Assembly: GCA_965232485.1 (NCBI GenBank)
Contig: OZ246975.1
Coordinates: 831,049-895,048, forward strand
DNA from: Rhodothermales bacterium
GTDB lineage: Bacteria > Bacteroidota > Rhodothermia > Rhodothermales > VXPQ01
Direction: 5' to 3'
Length of the DNA: 64,000 bases
The position numbers and the translations under genes are program-made. Positions 28,862 to 38,760 of this stretch are shown in pieces. The notes beneath the pieces were generated by a model. The model was not told where the DNA came from and did no database searches. It was given only the letters and a program-made list of their open reading frames with translations. How positions within the stretch are numbered: the first letter of the stretch is position 1; each line of letters begins with the position of its first letter.

Positions 28862-30105
28862 TCAACGGTATGGGATTCCGTAGCCACGAAACGCCCGTTG
28901 ATCAGGACGGTGGGCGTCTGGTTCACGCCAATCTCGATCGCCTCGCTTCGTTGTTGTTCCAGCGTACGGCGGTACAAGCGGCTATCCAGGCGCTGCATAA
29001 GCACATCCGGATTCATTCCAATCTCTTCGGCGATCTCGCGCAATTGCTCCCGGGACAGGCCGGTTTGCGGATTCTGCATTTCGAACTGCGCGTCAAGCAT
29101 CGCAAAGAATTTCTTGTCCCGGCTCGCCGCATATAGCGCTTCCGACTGCTCGATGGAGTGGTTCCACAGCACAAACGGCTTGAATACGAAAAACGCGCGA
29201 TCGGCATGCGATTGCATCACCGGCGTCATCACTGCATGAAACGTTTTGCAGTGGTAACAATTGGGATCGAAATATTCGATGACCGTAACCGGCGCATCTG
29301 CGTCCCCTACCGTTGGATCGAACAGGTTGACGAGGCGACGAAAATCCTCTACCGGCTCTTTCTCGGGATCGTACGCGCAGGCGGAAGAGGCCAGCGCGGG
29401 CGCGGCTTCGCCTGCATCCGGCGGAGAAAACGCTTCGGAGGCCGGTGCGTCCGTTTCCGTTTCGGCGGCGAACACATCGGGAAGTTCCGGTTCGTACTGG
29501 TCGAAATACATGGCGTCCGCCGCTATAATCGTTCCGACAAGCAGCAGAAGTCCACCCATCCAGAGTATTTCGCGCAAGGGCTTGGGAGTCATGTTACTGG
29601 GAGATTCGGTATCGGTAGTGGAAACGGGAGATAATTTCACGTCCAGGCCATGCAAGATAGCAAGCAGCGCGACAATCCCTGCGGATATAAGGCAGAGGAT
29701 GCATAATTGCTCCAGCACAGCTATCTGATAATAAACAAGATAACCCGAGTATGCCAATCCAAAGGCGACAAGCGCCGCGCGGGCGGCCTTGCAAAACGCG
29801 CGCTTGCCCAGAAAATTCCAGGCGACGGCCAGCGTCAGGAGGGCTATGGCTGCGTAGAACGACATACCCCACAGGGCATTGGACACGCCAAGGAAAACGC
29901 CGGCCGCGCTGCCTGTTACGGCCCCGCAGTCGAACAGGGCGCCGGTGAGCGCCGAACCGGAAAAACCGGTGCATCCCTGGGCGAATCCGCTCTGCTTCTG
30001 GATCGCTATGTGCGCAGCGTCAAGCAGGCCCAGAAGGGCGAGAATATAGATTGCGCGGTCGATCAGAGCGCGCCGGGAATCGAAGCGATGCAAATAACGG
30101 AACAT
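28822..30105 (-). CDS. vitamin K epoxide reductase (VKOR)-family membrane domain fused to a DsbA-like thioredoxin domain
   Basis: Track ORF 28822..30207, with the likely start at MFRYLHRF (30105). The N-terminal half has about 5 TM helices, loop cysteines (GCTGF...DCG) and a CILC redox motif. After a low-complexity linker comes a thioredoxin fold with [16 protein letters not shown]. Confidence 0.8.
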   Translation of the reverse strand: MFRYLHRFDSRRALIDRAIYILALLGLLDAAHIAIQKQSGFAQGCTGFSGSALTGALFDCGAVTGSAAGVFLGVSNALWGMSFYAAIALLTLAVAWNFLGKRAFCKAARAALVAFGLAYSGYLVYYQIAVLEQLCILCLISAGIVALLAILHGLDVKLSPVSTTDTESPSNMTPKPLREILWMGGLLLLVGTIIAADAMYFDQYEPELPDVFAAETETDAPASEAFSPPDAGEAAPALASSACAYDPEKEPVEDFRRLVNLFDPTVGDADAPVTVIEYFDPNCYHCKTFHAVMTPVMQSHADRAFFVFKPFVLWNHSIEQSEALYAASRDKKFFAMLDAQFEMQNPQTGLSREQLREIAEEIGMNPDVLMQRLDSRLYRRTLEQQRSEAIEIGVNQTPTVLINGRFVATESHTVECLQQLIEEAASS

Positions 30106-30283
30106 GGAACGCGCGGCGGAAAGAAACAGGCCGGACTTAATCAGAGCATCCAATATCCGAAAACCCCGACGCCCCGGCTTATGATCCCGGCAAAATGCGC
30201 AATGCAATCCGTATGCGCTGCATTTCGTACATTAGGGCCGGAGCAAAAACAAGGCGGGCCAAAAAAACAAGGCATATCCCGAT

Positions 30284-31237
30284 ATGTCCATCAGGGATTT
30301 TTTTCAAAGCGAACGGTTGCAGTCTTTCCTCGCCGGAGGCGCGGGGCAGGATTTACTGATTTCCGCCCTGCTTGCGCTGGGCGCGATGATTCTGGGATAC
30401 GCTCTTCGCCGCCTGCTGTCTCGCTATGTCGAAGACCCGGACCGGCGTTACCGGGCCTCGAAAATGGTCGGGCGGCTGCTCGGCCTGTTCACGGCGCTGG
30501 CCATCCTCTTCGTATGGTCGGCGGGACAGGGACCCGGACCCGCCACCATCCTCACCGTGGTCGGCGCCGGGCTCGCCATCGCCATGCGGGACGTGCTCCT
30601 TTCGTTCGCCGCATGGATTCATATGCTGATTCGGGCGCCCTACCAGAGCGGAGACCGGATTGAAGTGAATGGGCTGCAAGGCGATGTGATCGATATTCGG
30701 CCCCTGCATAGCACGCTGATGGAAACGGGGGGCCTGGTCGACGGCGGGCAGAGCACGGGCCGCATCGTGCATATCCCGAACAACTGGTTATACCAGCATG
30801 GGGTATATAATTACACGCAAGGCTTCCGATTCATCTGGAACGAAATTCTTTTTACCGTCACCTTCCGATCGAACTGGCGGGCGGCCCGGGACATCCTCGC
30901 GCAACTGGCCTCCGAAGCGACCGGCCCCGTAGAAGAACAAGCCCGGGAAGAACTCCGGAAAATGTCCCGCGAGTATCTCGTGTATTACGAAACGCTGACG
31001 CCATTCGTATACGCGCGCGTAACGCAAAACGGGATTCTCCTTTCCCTCCGGCACCTGACCGAGGTGCGCAAGCGGCGCAATATGGAGCATATGCTCACGA
31101 TACGCGCCCTTGAAGCATTCCTGAAACGCGGAGACATAGAACTCGCCTACACGATGATCGGCCACGGACCGGGCGCAAGCCAGTCAGGCGACATTGCGCC
31201 GGACGCGCTTTCCCAGACGCCCGACCACACGCCTTAA
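30284..31237 (+). CDS. small-conductance mechanosensitive channel (MscS family)
   Basis: 317-aa ORF with three TM helices followed by the MscS beta-domain motif APYQSGDRIEVNGLQGDVIDIRPLHSTLME. Confidence 0.85.
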   Translation: MSIRDFFQSERLQSFLAGGAGQDLLISALLALGAMILGYALRRLLSRYVEDPDRRYRASKMVGRLLGLFTALAILFVWSAGQGPGPATILTVVGAGLAIAMRDVLLSFAAWIHMLIRAPYQSGDRIEVNGLQGDVIDIRPLHSTLMETGGLVDGGQSTGRIVHIPNNWLYQHGVYNYTQGFRFIWNEILFTVTFRSNWRAARDILAQLASEATGPVEEQAREELRKMSREYLVYYETLTPFVYARVTQNGILLSLRHLTEVRKRRNMEHMLTIRALEAFLKRGDIELAYTMIGHGPGASQSGDIAPDALSQTPDHTP

Positions 31238-31248
31238 TCAGAGCGTCC
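31232..31248 (+). repeat. solo terminal repeat of the inverted-repeat family
   Basis: CCTTAATCAGAGCGTCC matches the terminus of copy B (ACTTAATCAGAGCATCC). The mscS stop codon TAA lies inside it. Confidence 0.45.
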
Positions 31249-31258
31249 TTAATTATTA

Positions 31259-31287
31259 AGGCGCAAAATTTCGCCTCCTCATTTTTT
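31259..31287 (+). terminator. weak candidate terminator after mscS
   Basis: AGGCG-CAAAATTT-CGCCT (5-bp stem) followed by CCTCATTTTTT. Confidence 0.3.
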
Positions 31288-31331
31288 AAACCGCCCCGGC
31301 GCGCGCCGCCCTGCCCGACCCAAATCAGGCC

Positions 31332-32816
31332 ATGTCGCTTGACCATTTCATACGACTCGTGGACGCCAACCGGGACAAGGGGAACCTCGTTGTGCCGATC
31401 TGTCGCCGGTTGAGCGCAGATCTTCTGACGCCCGTCTCGGCCTTCCTCGCATTCCGTAAGCAAAGCCGGTTCTGTTTTCTGCTCGAAAGCGTCGAGGGCG
31501 GCGAAAAACTGGCGCGCTACTCCTTTCTCGGGAAAAATCCGTACCGCATCGTGCGCGCATTCGGCCCCAGCACGGTCGCCGAAGACGCCGCCGGCGGCGC
31601 GCACGCCCTCGAAGGCGACATTTTCGAAGCGATGCAGCGGGAAATGGATCGCTATACGGAAGTCCGAACCAGCGGCCTCCCCCCCTTCGTAACCGGCGCG
31701 GTGGGCTACCTTGGCTATGATGCGGTGCGCCTGGTCGAACGCTTGCCCGATATTCCCCCTGACGACCTGCATATTCCAGACGCCATCTGGTGTTTTTACG
31801 ATAGCCTGGTCGCATTCGACCATGTAAAACGGCAACTGGTTCTGATCTCCTGCGCCTTCGTGAACGAAGGAAACGATCCGGCCCTCGCGTACGCCAGCGC
31901 GTCCGAACGCATGGACGCCCTCGAACAAGAACTTTCGGAGGCAACCCCGTCTCGCCCGGACCCCATACGGATTCTGCAGGAAGAGATGGACTCCAACTTC
32001 AAACGGGCGGAGTTCGAAGAAGCCGTCGAGCAGGTCAAGCGCTACATCTACGAAGGAGATATTTTTCAGGCGGTGCTATCGCAACGCTTTTCCATGCCGT
32101 ACGAAGGCGATCGCATCAACCTGTATCGCGCGTTGCGGCAGGTGAATCCCTCGCCGTATTTGTTCTACCTCGATTTCGATGATTTTTCGCTGATCGGCTC
32201 TTCGCCGGAAGTGCTCGTGCGCATCGGGGGAGACACGGCGGAGGTGCTGCCCATTGCAGGAACGCGTCCCCGGGGCGATACGGAAGAAGACGATCGACGA
32301 CTCGAGGCGGAGTTGCTCGCCGACCCGAAAGAACGGGCGGAACACCTGATGCTGGTAGACCTGGGCCGGAACGATCTTGGACGGGTTTGCCGCCATGGTT
32401 CGGTCAAGGTAGACCGGTACGCCTACGTGGAACGATATTCGCACGTCATGCATATCGTGTCGTCGGTATCCGGCGAACTGGATCGCAGACGGGGCGCCAT
32501 GGATGTCCTGGCCGCCTGCTTCCCGGCCGGCACCGTAAGCGGAGCGCCCAAGGTGCGGGCCATGGAAATCATCGACGAACTCGAACCGTCTGCGCGAGGC
32601 GCCTATGCCGGCGCCGTCGGATATATGGATTATTCGGGCAACATGGACACCTGCATCGCCATCCGCACCATGCTCGTTCAAAAAGATCGGGTTTTCGTGC
32701 AGGCGGGATGCGGTCTGGTCGCAGACAGCAAGCCGTCCAGCGAATTCGAGGAAACGGTCAACAAGGCGCGTGCGCTGAAGGAGGCCATTCTCCTTGCCTC
32801 AGAGGGATTGTTATAG
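31332..32816 (+). CDS. trpE: anthranilate synthase component I
   Basis: 494-aa ORF, LLTPVSAFL...LLESVEGGE...GDIFQAVLSQRF...GTVSGAPKVRAMEIIDELE...RGAYAGAVGY. Confidence 0.95.
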   Translation: MSLDHFIRLVDANRDKGNLVVPICRRLSADLLTPVSAFLAFRKQSRFCFLLESVEGGEKLARYSFLGKNPYRIVRAFGPSTVAEDAAGGAHALEGDIFEAMQREMDRYTEVRTSGLPPFVTGAVGYLGYDAVRLVERLPDIPPDDLHIPDAIWCFYDSLVAFDHVKRQLVLISCAFVNEGNDPALAYASASERMDALEQELSEATPSRPDPIRILQEEMDSNFKRAEFEEAVEQVKRYIYEGDIFQAVLSQRFSMPYEGDRINLYRALRQVNPSPYLFYLDFDDFSLIGSSPEVLVRIGGDTAEVLPIAGTRPRGDTEEDDRRLEAELLADPKERAEHLMLVDLGRNDLGRVCRHGSVKVDRYAYVERYSHVMHIVSSVSGELDRRRGAMDVLAACFPAGTVSGAPKVRAMEIIDELEPSARGAYAGAVGYMDYSGNMDTCIAIRTMLVQKDRVFVQAGCGLVADSKPSSEFEETVNKARALKEAILLASEGLL

Positions 32817-32848
32817 GACGCATCGTACGCCAACGCCGCATTTGCATT

Positions 32849-33325
32849 ATGGCTTTGATCATGGGAATAAAAAACCTTTTTCTGAACAAGGGGTGGGCCG
32901 GGAAAACACTCTCCCGCGCGGAAACCGCAACGCGGATCAATCCGCTTATTCGCGCCCATTGCGCCCTGAATCATTCGCACGAATACGCCGTGCGCGCCCT
33001 CGAAAACCGGGAGGCCGCCGACGAACTGGCTGCGTTGCAGCGCATGGCCCGCATGGATACAGGCAAACTGAGCGAAATCGTGCTTAGCGCCGGGGGCGCG
33101 CCATTCAACGGCGTCTCCATGGAACCGGAAGATTTCAACCTTGGAAAAAGCGACCGCGAGATCGCGCAAGCGCTTGGCGAACTGGAAGGCGAATTCGAGC
33201 AACTCCTCCGCAACGAGATGGAGACAGAACATCAGATGCATACGCGAGCCATCCTTTCCGCCGTCTTGACGAACACCCGCAACCGGCGGAAGTATGTACG
33301 AAAACTGATCATGCAGCACCGCTGA
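32849..33325 (+). CDS. hypothetical 158-aa protein embedded in the trp operon
   Basis: This is the in-frame tail of track ORF 32387..33325, starting at MALIMGIKNLF... (ATG 32849, 33 nt after the trpE stop). It looks predominantly helical and charged (HSHEYAVRALENREAADELAALQRM..., EGEFEQLLRNEMETEHQMHTRAIL). I recognise no family. Confidence 0.5.
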   Translation: MALIMGIKNLFLNKGWAGKTLSRAETATRINPLIRAHCALNHSHEYAVRALENREAADELAALQRMARMDTGKLSEIVLSAGGAPFNGVSMEPEDFNLGKSDREIAQALGELEGEFEQLLRNEMETEHQMHTRAILSAVLTNTRNRRKYVRKLIMQHR

Positions 33326-33341
33326 TTTATCGAACCCCTCT

Positions 33342-34409
33342 TTGCGCCGCGCTCCCATGTTTTCCGAACGCATCGACTCGAACATGCCTGCTCCCGGTCC
33401 TCCCGCAAGCAGCGAAGTGATCGTTTCCGGCATTCAGCCGTCGGGCGCATTGCATTTCGGAAATTATTTCGGAGCGCTCCGGCAGCACATCCAGCTGCAC
33501 CAAACGCACGAAGCCTGGTACTTCATCGTCAATTACCACACGTTGACCACGCTTCGGGACCGAGACAAACTGAGGCGGTACACGCTGGATGTGGCGCTTG
33601 ATTACCTTGCTTTGGGATTCAATCCCGAGGCCGCCTGCCTCTTCATGCAAAGCGACGTCCCGGAAGTCACCGAACTGGCATGGATTTTCAATAACCTGGC
33701 CACGGTGTCCCATCTGGAGAAGGGCGTGGCCTACAAAGACAAAGTGGCGCAAGGCATCGCAGCCAACGCCGGGCTGTTCACCTATCCCGTGTTGCAGGCG
33801 GCAGACATTCTGATCTACGGCGGCACGCTGGTCCCGGTGGGCGCGGATCAGAAACAGCACATAGAAATGACGCGGGTCCTCGCAGAACGGTTCAACCGTA
33901 CGTATTGCCCGGAGGACGATCCGGTCTTCCCCGTGCCCGAGCCCTGGATTCTGTCCGACGTGGCGGTCGTGCCCGGCCTGGACGGGCGAAAAATGTCCAA
34001 AAGCTACGACAACGCCATCGGCATTTTCGACGAGGGGAAGACGCTCCGTAAAAAAGTGATGAGCATCGTGACCGATTCGACCCCGCTCGAAGCGCCGAAA
34101 GACCCGGATCGCGACAATGTATTTACGCTCATCCGGCTGTTCGCCGACGAGGAAACGCGGACGCGCATCGCCGCCGCGTACCGGGCCGGGGGATACGGAT
34201 ACGGACACGCCAAAAAGGAATTGCTCCGGCTCATCGACGAGCATTTCGCCGAAGCGCGCATCCGGAGAAAAGAACTGGCCCGCCGCCCGGACGATGTGTT
34301 CGACGTCTTGCGCGAAGGAGGCCGCAAGGCTCGGGAGCGCGCCGGCGAATACATGGAGCGCGTACGGGAACGCGTTGGATTGATCACCACGTATCGGAGC
34401 GACCCATGA
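33342..34409 (+). CDS. trpS: tryptophan--tRNA ligase
   Basis: 355-aa ORF with class I aaRS signatures: SGIQPSGALHFGNYFG (HIGH region), YPVLQAADIL, GADQKQHIE and KMSKSY. The start could be a downstream Met (33357 or 33384). Its stop overlaps the trpG ATG (ATGA). Confidence 0.92.
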   Translation: MRRAPMFSERIDSNMPAPGPPASSEVIVSGIQPSGALHFGNYFGALRQHIQLHQTHEAWYFIVNYHTLTTLRDRDKLRRYTLDVALDYLALGFNPEAACLFMQSDVPEVTELAWIFNNLATVSHLEKGVAYKDKVAQGIAANAGLFTYPVLQAADILIYGGTLVPVGADQKQHIEMTRVLAERFNRTYCPEDDPVFPVPEPWILSDVAVVPGLDGRKMSKSYDNAIGIFDEGKTLRKKVMSIVTDSTPLEAPKDPDRDNVFTLIRLFADEETRTRIAAAYRAGGYGYGHAKKELLRLIDEHFAEARIRRKELARRPDDVFDVLREGGRKARERAGEYMERVRERVGLITTYRSDP

Positions 34410-35008
34410 TTCTCGTGATCGACAACTACGATTCGTTTACCTACAATCTTGTGCACCTCGTCGGGCGGCGCACGAACGACCTTGAGGTGGTCCGAAACGA
34501 TGTGCTCGACGTAGACGCCATACGCGAGCGGAGGCCGCGGGGCATCCTGATTTCGCCCGGACCCGGCCGTCCCGCCCAGGCAGGCGTCACGGAAGCAGTG
34601 GTGAAAGCGCTGGGACCTTTCGTGCCGATCCTCGGGGTGTGCCTCGGACATCAGGCGATCGGCGAAGCGTACGGCGGCCGCATCGGATACGCGCCCACGC
34701 TGATGCATGGAAAAACCAGCAATATCACGCACGACGGGCAAGGCGTGTTTCGGAACGCGCCCGACCCGTTCACGGCTACGCGCTACCATTCGCTCGTGGT
34801 GGATCGCGTCAGCGTACCTGCCTGCCTGGACATATCTGCAGAAACAAGCGATGGCGTGGTCATGGGGTTGCGGCACCGGGAGCATCCGGTGGAGGGCATT
34901 CAGTTTCATCCGGAAAGCGTACTTACCATCGAGGGCCCCCGCATCGTAGACAATTGGCTGGAAGACGTGCTTGGCGACGCCATGGAAAACCCGGGCGCCG
35001 CCTCCTGA
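34406..35008 (+). CDS. trpG: anthranilate synthase component II (glutamine amidotransferase; may also serve as PabA)
   Basis: 200-aa ORF, MILVIDNYDSFTYNLVH...GVCLGHQAIG...FHPES. Confidence 0.95.
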   Translation: MILVIDNYDSFTYNLVHLVGRRTNDLEVVRNDVLDVDAIRERRPRGILISPGPGRPAQAGVTEAVVKALGPFVPILGVCLGHQAIGEAYGGRIGYAPTLMHGKTSNITHDGQGVFRNAPDPFTATRYHSLVVDRVSVPACLDISAETSDGVVMGLRHREHPVEGIQFHPESVLTIEGPRIVDNWLEDVLGDAMENPGAAS

Positions 35009-35027
35009 TCCCATTCTGCGCAAAAGC

Positions 35028-36062
35028 ATGCGAAAATACCTGAACATTCTTGCCGCCGGCGGAACGTTGCAAAGCGAAGAGGCCGAGCACGCCATGCGCT
35101 TGTTGATGGAAGGCGCCTCGGAACCGGAATGCACGGCCGCCTTTTTGATGGGCCTCCGGGCGCGCGGCGAAACGCTGGACGAACTGGTCGCTTTTGCAAA
35201 AATCATGCGCGCGTTTGCGATCCCGGTGGACACAGGCGACCCGGACGCCATCGACTTGTGCGGCACAGGCGGGGACGGCGCAGACACATTCAACATCTCT
35301 ACCGCCGCCGCGATCGTATGCGCCGGCGCGGGCGTTACCGTAGCCAAACATGGAAATCGATCCGTGTCGTCGAAATGCGGTTCGGCGGATGTGCTGGAAG
35401 CCCTCGGCGTAAAGACGGCGCTGGGCAAGGCGGGCGTCGAATATTGCTTCGAAAAGGCAGGCGTCGCGTTCCTGTTCGCCCCATTCTTTCATCCTGCGAT
35501 GAAGCATGTGGCGCCGGTGCGCAAAAAACTCGGCGTACGCACGTTTTTCAATATTCTGGGGCCTTTGTGCAACCCGGGCGGGGTGCGCCGTCAGTTGACG
35601 GGGGCCTTCGACGAACAAACCGCAAAGACCATGGCGGCCATTCTTGATCGCCTCGACGCCCGGCATGTGCTTGCCGTGCATGCGCGAGACGGCCTGGACG
35701 AGGTATCGCTTGCAGACGAAACGGTGGCCTTTGAAGCGCAGGGGGACGCAGCGGCGGCGACCGGTCCGACGGAGCGCATCCTGCGCCCTGAAGACCTGGG
35801 CCTTGCCCGCAGTTCCCGGCAAGCGCTAAAAGGCGGCGACCGCCATGAAAATGCCCGTATCGCGCGAGAGGTGCTTGCCGGCGAGCCGGGGCCGCGGCGC
35901 AATGTGGTCGTGCTCAATGCAAGCCATGCCCTGTGGACGTCCGGGAAATTCGATACGCTGGCCGCCTGCCGGAACGCTGCCGAAGACAGCATCGATTCGG
36001 GCAAGGCGCGAGACACGCTCAAGCGGTTGGCCCACGCCTCGCACAACGCGCCGGCCTCATGA
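35028..36062 (+). CDS. trpD: anthranilate phosphoribosyltransferase
   Basis: Track ORF 34971..36062, with the start at MRKYLNILAAGGTLQSEEA. Motifs: DLCGTGGDGADTFNISTAAA and HGNRSVSSKCGSADVLEALG. Confidence 0.95.
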   Translation: MRKYLNILAAGGTLQSEEAEHAMRLLMEGASEPECTAAFLMGLRARGETLDELVAFAKIMRAFAIPVDTGDPDAIDLCGTGGDGADTFNISTAAAIVCAGAGVTVAKHGNRSVSSKCGSADVLEALGVKTALGKAGVEYCFEKAGVAFLFAPFFHPAMKHVAPVRKKLGVRTFFNILGPLCNPGGVRRQLTGAFDEQTAKTMAAILDRLDARHVLAVHARDGLDEVSLADETVAFEAQGDAAAATGPTERILRPEDLGLARSSRQALKGGDRHENARIAREVLAGEPGPRRNVVVLNASHALWTSGKFDTLAACRNAAEDSIDSGKARDTLKRLAHASHNAPAS

Positions 36063-36853
36063 CGATACTCGACCGCATCGTAGCGGACACGCGCGAAGTC
36101 GTGGCGACGCGAAAAGCCGCCGCGCCCCCGGGAACGTTGGAAAACATGGCGGCATTTTCCCAAAGCAGGCATTCTCTCGAAAAGGCGCTGCGGGCCGACG
36201 GACCGTCGATCATTGCAGAGATCAAAAAAGCCTCGCCGTCCCGAGGCGTCATCCGAAGCGATTTTCATCCTTTCGAAATTGCGCGGCAATACGAAGCCGG
36301 GGGCGCCTGCGCTGTTTCCGTCCTCACCGAACCCCGCCACTTTCAGGGATCGCCGGACGATCTTCAGGCTGCCCGACAGGCCCTTTCCCTGCCCGTATTG
36401 CGAAAAGATTTCATTATCGACACGTATCAACTGATTGAGGCGCGGGCCTATGGCGCCGACGCCGTGCTGCTGATTGCCGCCATCCTTCCCAGGCCGCAAC
36501 TGCACGATCTGCTGCAAGCGGCGCAAGCCCTGGACCTTGAAGCGCTGATCGAAGTATACGCGCCGCAAGAACTGGACCGCATCGATTTTGACGAGGCGCG
36601 CATCGTAGGCGCGAACAACCGCGACCTGCGAACCTTCGACGTAGACGTCCGGCATACTCTCCGCGTCTTCGAGCAGGTCCCGGACCATGTAGTCCGGGTG
36701 TCGGAAAGCGGCCTGGCGTCAGGGGACGAGGTGCGCTTCCTGCATGAACGCGGCGTCGACGCCTTTCTGATCGGCGAAACCTTCATGCAAGCCGAACGGC
36801 CCGGAGACGCCCTGACGAAACTCCGAAGCGAAGCAAACCGCATCGACGCATGA
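36059..36853 (+). CDS. trpC: indole-3-glycerol-phosphate synthase
   Basis: Track ORF 35933..36853, with the start at MTILDRIVADTREVV (ATGA overlap with trpD). Motifs: IIAEIKKASPSRGVI, LRKDFIID, and NNRDLRTF. Confidence 0.95.
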   Translation: MTILDRIVADTREVVATRKAAAPPGTLENMAAFSQSRHSLEKALRADGPSIIAEIKKASPSRGVIRSDFHPFEIARQYEAGGACAVSVLTEPRHFQGSPDDLQAARQALSLPVLRKDFIIDTYQLIEARAYGADAVLLIAAILPRPQLHDLLQAAQALDLEALIEVYAPQELDRIDFDEARIVGANNRDLRTFDVDVRHTLRVFEQVPDHVVRVSESGLASGDEVRFLHERGVDAFLIGETFMQAERPGDALTKLRSEANRIDA

Positions 36854-37515
36854 CGACCCGACTGAAAATATGCGGCGTAACGAGGCTGGAAGACGCCCGG
36901 TATGCCGCCGCCGCAGGCGCCGATTACCTCGGATTCGTGCAGTATCCCGGCAGCCCCCGCTACATTGAGCCGGAACAAGCGCGGGACATCGTCGAATGGA
37001 TTCATGGCCCGCAACCGGTCGGGGTGTTCGTGAACGCACCGGTCGATGTGGTGAACCGGACCGCCGAAAAAGCCGGTTTCGGCCTGGTGCAGCTCCATGG
37101 CGAGGAGCCGGTTTCCGATGTGCTCCGGATCGAACGTCCCGTGATCAAAGCATTTCGCATCGCTCCGGGCACAACCCCCGAAGCCTTGTCCCGTACGATG
37201 CGGGCGTATGAACAGGCGGCGGCCTGTTTTCTCCTGGATGCGTACAGCGAGCAGGTCTACGGCGGCAGCGGCCAAACCTTCGACTGGCGCGTAGCGAAAC
37301 CGGAACCGGACAACCCGGGCGGCTCCGGGGGTCCCGGCGTCTTTCTGGCGGGCGGAATCCATGCAGGCAACGTAGCCGATGCGATTCGTACGCTGCGCCC
37401 CTTTGCCGTGGATGTGTCCAGCGGACTTGAATCAGCGCCCGGGCAAAAAGATTTTTCCAGAATCGACGCCTTTATGGAAGCCTTCCGGGATGCACAGGCC
37501 CCGCCGCAAAACTGA
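36850..37515 (+). CDS. trpF: phosphoribosylanthranilate isomerase
   Basis: 221-aa [33 protein letters not shown]...VQLHGEE, with an ATGA overlap with trpC. Confidence 0.93.
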   Translation: MTTRLKICGVTRLEDARYAAAAGADYLGFVQYPGSPRYIEPEQARDIVEWIHGPQPVGVFVNAPVDVVNRTAEKAGFGLVQLHGEEPVSDVLRIERPVIKAFRIAPGTTPEALSRTMRAYEQAAACFLLDAYSEQVYGGSGQTFDWRVAKPEPDNPGGSGGPGVFLAGGIHAGNVADAIRTLRPFAVDVSSGLESAPGQKDFSRIDAFMEAFRDAQAPPQN

Positions 37516-37561
37516 CGAAGGCGCCGGGCGCGCCGCATACGACACAAACAGAACCGTACGC

Positions 37562-38755
37562 ATGATGGAGAAAACGCACCCGCTTCCCGACGAACGCGGG
37601 CATTTCGGGTTGTACGGCGGCATGTTTGTGCCCGAAACCCTGATTCCCGCCGTTGAGGAAGTCCGCAATGCCTATGACGCCGCCCGGCGAGACCCGGATT
37701 TCCGGCGGGAACTGGATGGAATGCTCAGGGACTATGCCGGACGACCCACGCCCCTGACGTTTTGCGAACGCCTCGCCGACGCCATCGGCGGTCCTAAAAT
37801 CTATCTCAAACGGGAAGATTTGTGTCACACCGGCGCGCACAAGATCAACAACGCGATCGGGCAAATCCTGCTGGCCCGCCGCATGGGCAAGATGCGCATC
37901 ATCGCGGAGACAGGAGCCGGACAACATGGCGTGGCTACCGCAACCGTTTGCGCGCGATACGGCATGGAATGCATTGTCTACATGGGAGAAGAAGATGTCG
38001 AACGACAACAACTGAACGTGCTGCGCATGCGGTTGCTCGGCGCCGAGGTGCGACCGACGTCCAGCGGCAGCCGCACCCTGAAGGACGCCACCAACGAGGC
38101 TATTCGGGATTGGGTTACCAACGTGCGAGATACATTCTACGTCATCGGTTCCGTCGTGGGGCCGCACCCCTACCCGATGATGGTTCGCGACTTTCACCGG
38201 GTCATCGGAGAAGAAACCCGGAGGCAACTCCAGGATGCGGAGGGGCGATCAGCTCCCGACGCTGCGGTAGCCTGCGTGGGGGGCGGCTCAAACGCCATCG
38301 GGCTATTCTACGCCTTCCTGCAAGACCCTGAGGTGTCGCTGTACGGCGTCGAGGCGGCGGGCGAAGGCCTGGACGGGCGGCATGCGGCGACGCTTACGCA
38401 GGGATCTCCGGGCATTCTGCATGGCGCGATGAGTTACCTGCTGCAGGACGCAGAAGGGCAAGTGCAGCTGGCGCATTCCATCTCGGCGGGGCTGGACTAC
38501 CCCGGCGTGGGCCCGGAACATGCCTGGCTGCGGGATGCAGGACGCGTACGATATGTGTCCGCAACAGATGCGCAAGCCCTTGAAGGAGTAAAATTGCTGT
38601 CGAAAACGGAAGGCATTATCCCGGCCCTCGAGACGGCGCACGCCATAGGCTGGATGGCCGAAGGCGTACGCGGCATGACGCGCCGCGAAGTCGTCATAGC
38701 GAATTGTTCGGGGCGCGGCGACAAGGATATGGATACGATCTCCAGACATCTCTGA
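37562..38755 (+). CDS. trpB: tryptophan synthase beta chain
   Basis: Track ORF 37379..38755, with the start at [27 protein letters not shown]. Motifs: HTGAHKINN (PLP lysine) and GGGSNAIG. Confidence 0.96.
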   Translation: MMEKTHPLPDERGHFGLYGGMFVPETLIPAVEEVRNAYDAARRDPDFRRELDGMLRDYAGRPTPLTFCERLADAIGGPKIYLKREDLCHTGAHKINNAIGQILLARRMGKMRIIAETGAGQHGVATATVCARYGMECIVYMGEEDVERQQLNVLRMRLLGAEVRPTSSGSRTLKDATNEAIRDWVTNVRDTFYVIGSVVGPHPYPMMVRDFHRVIGEETRRQLQDAEGRSAPDAAVACVGGGSNAIGLFYAFLQDPEVSLYGVEAAGEGLDGRHAATLTQGSPGILHGAMSYLLQDAEGQVQLAHSISAGLDYPGVGPEHAWLRDAGRVRYVSATDAQALEGVKLLSKTEGIIPALETAHAIGWMAEGVRGMTRREVVIANCSGRGDKDMDTISRHL

Positions 38756-38760
38756 ACGTC

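Noticed and set aside
31238-31331. Possible trp attenuator or leader peptide upstream of trpE.
   Set aside because: There is no TGG codon and no plausible short ORF in the 94-nt region. The only hairpin is a weak 5-bp stem better read as the mscS terminator.
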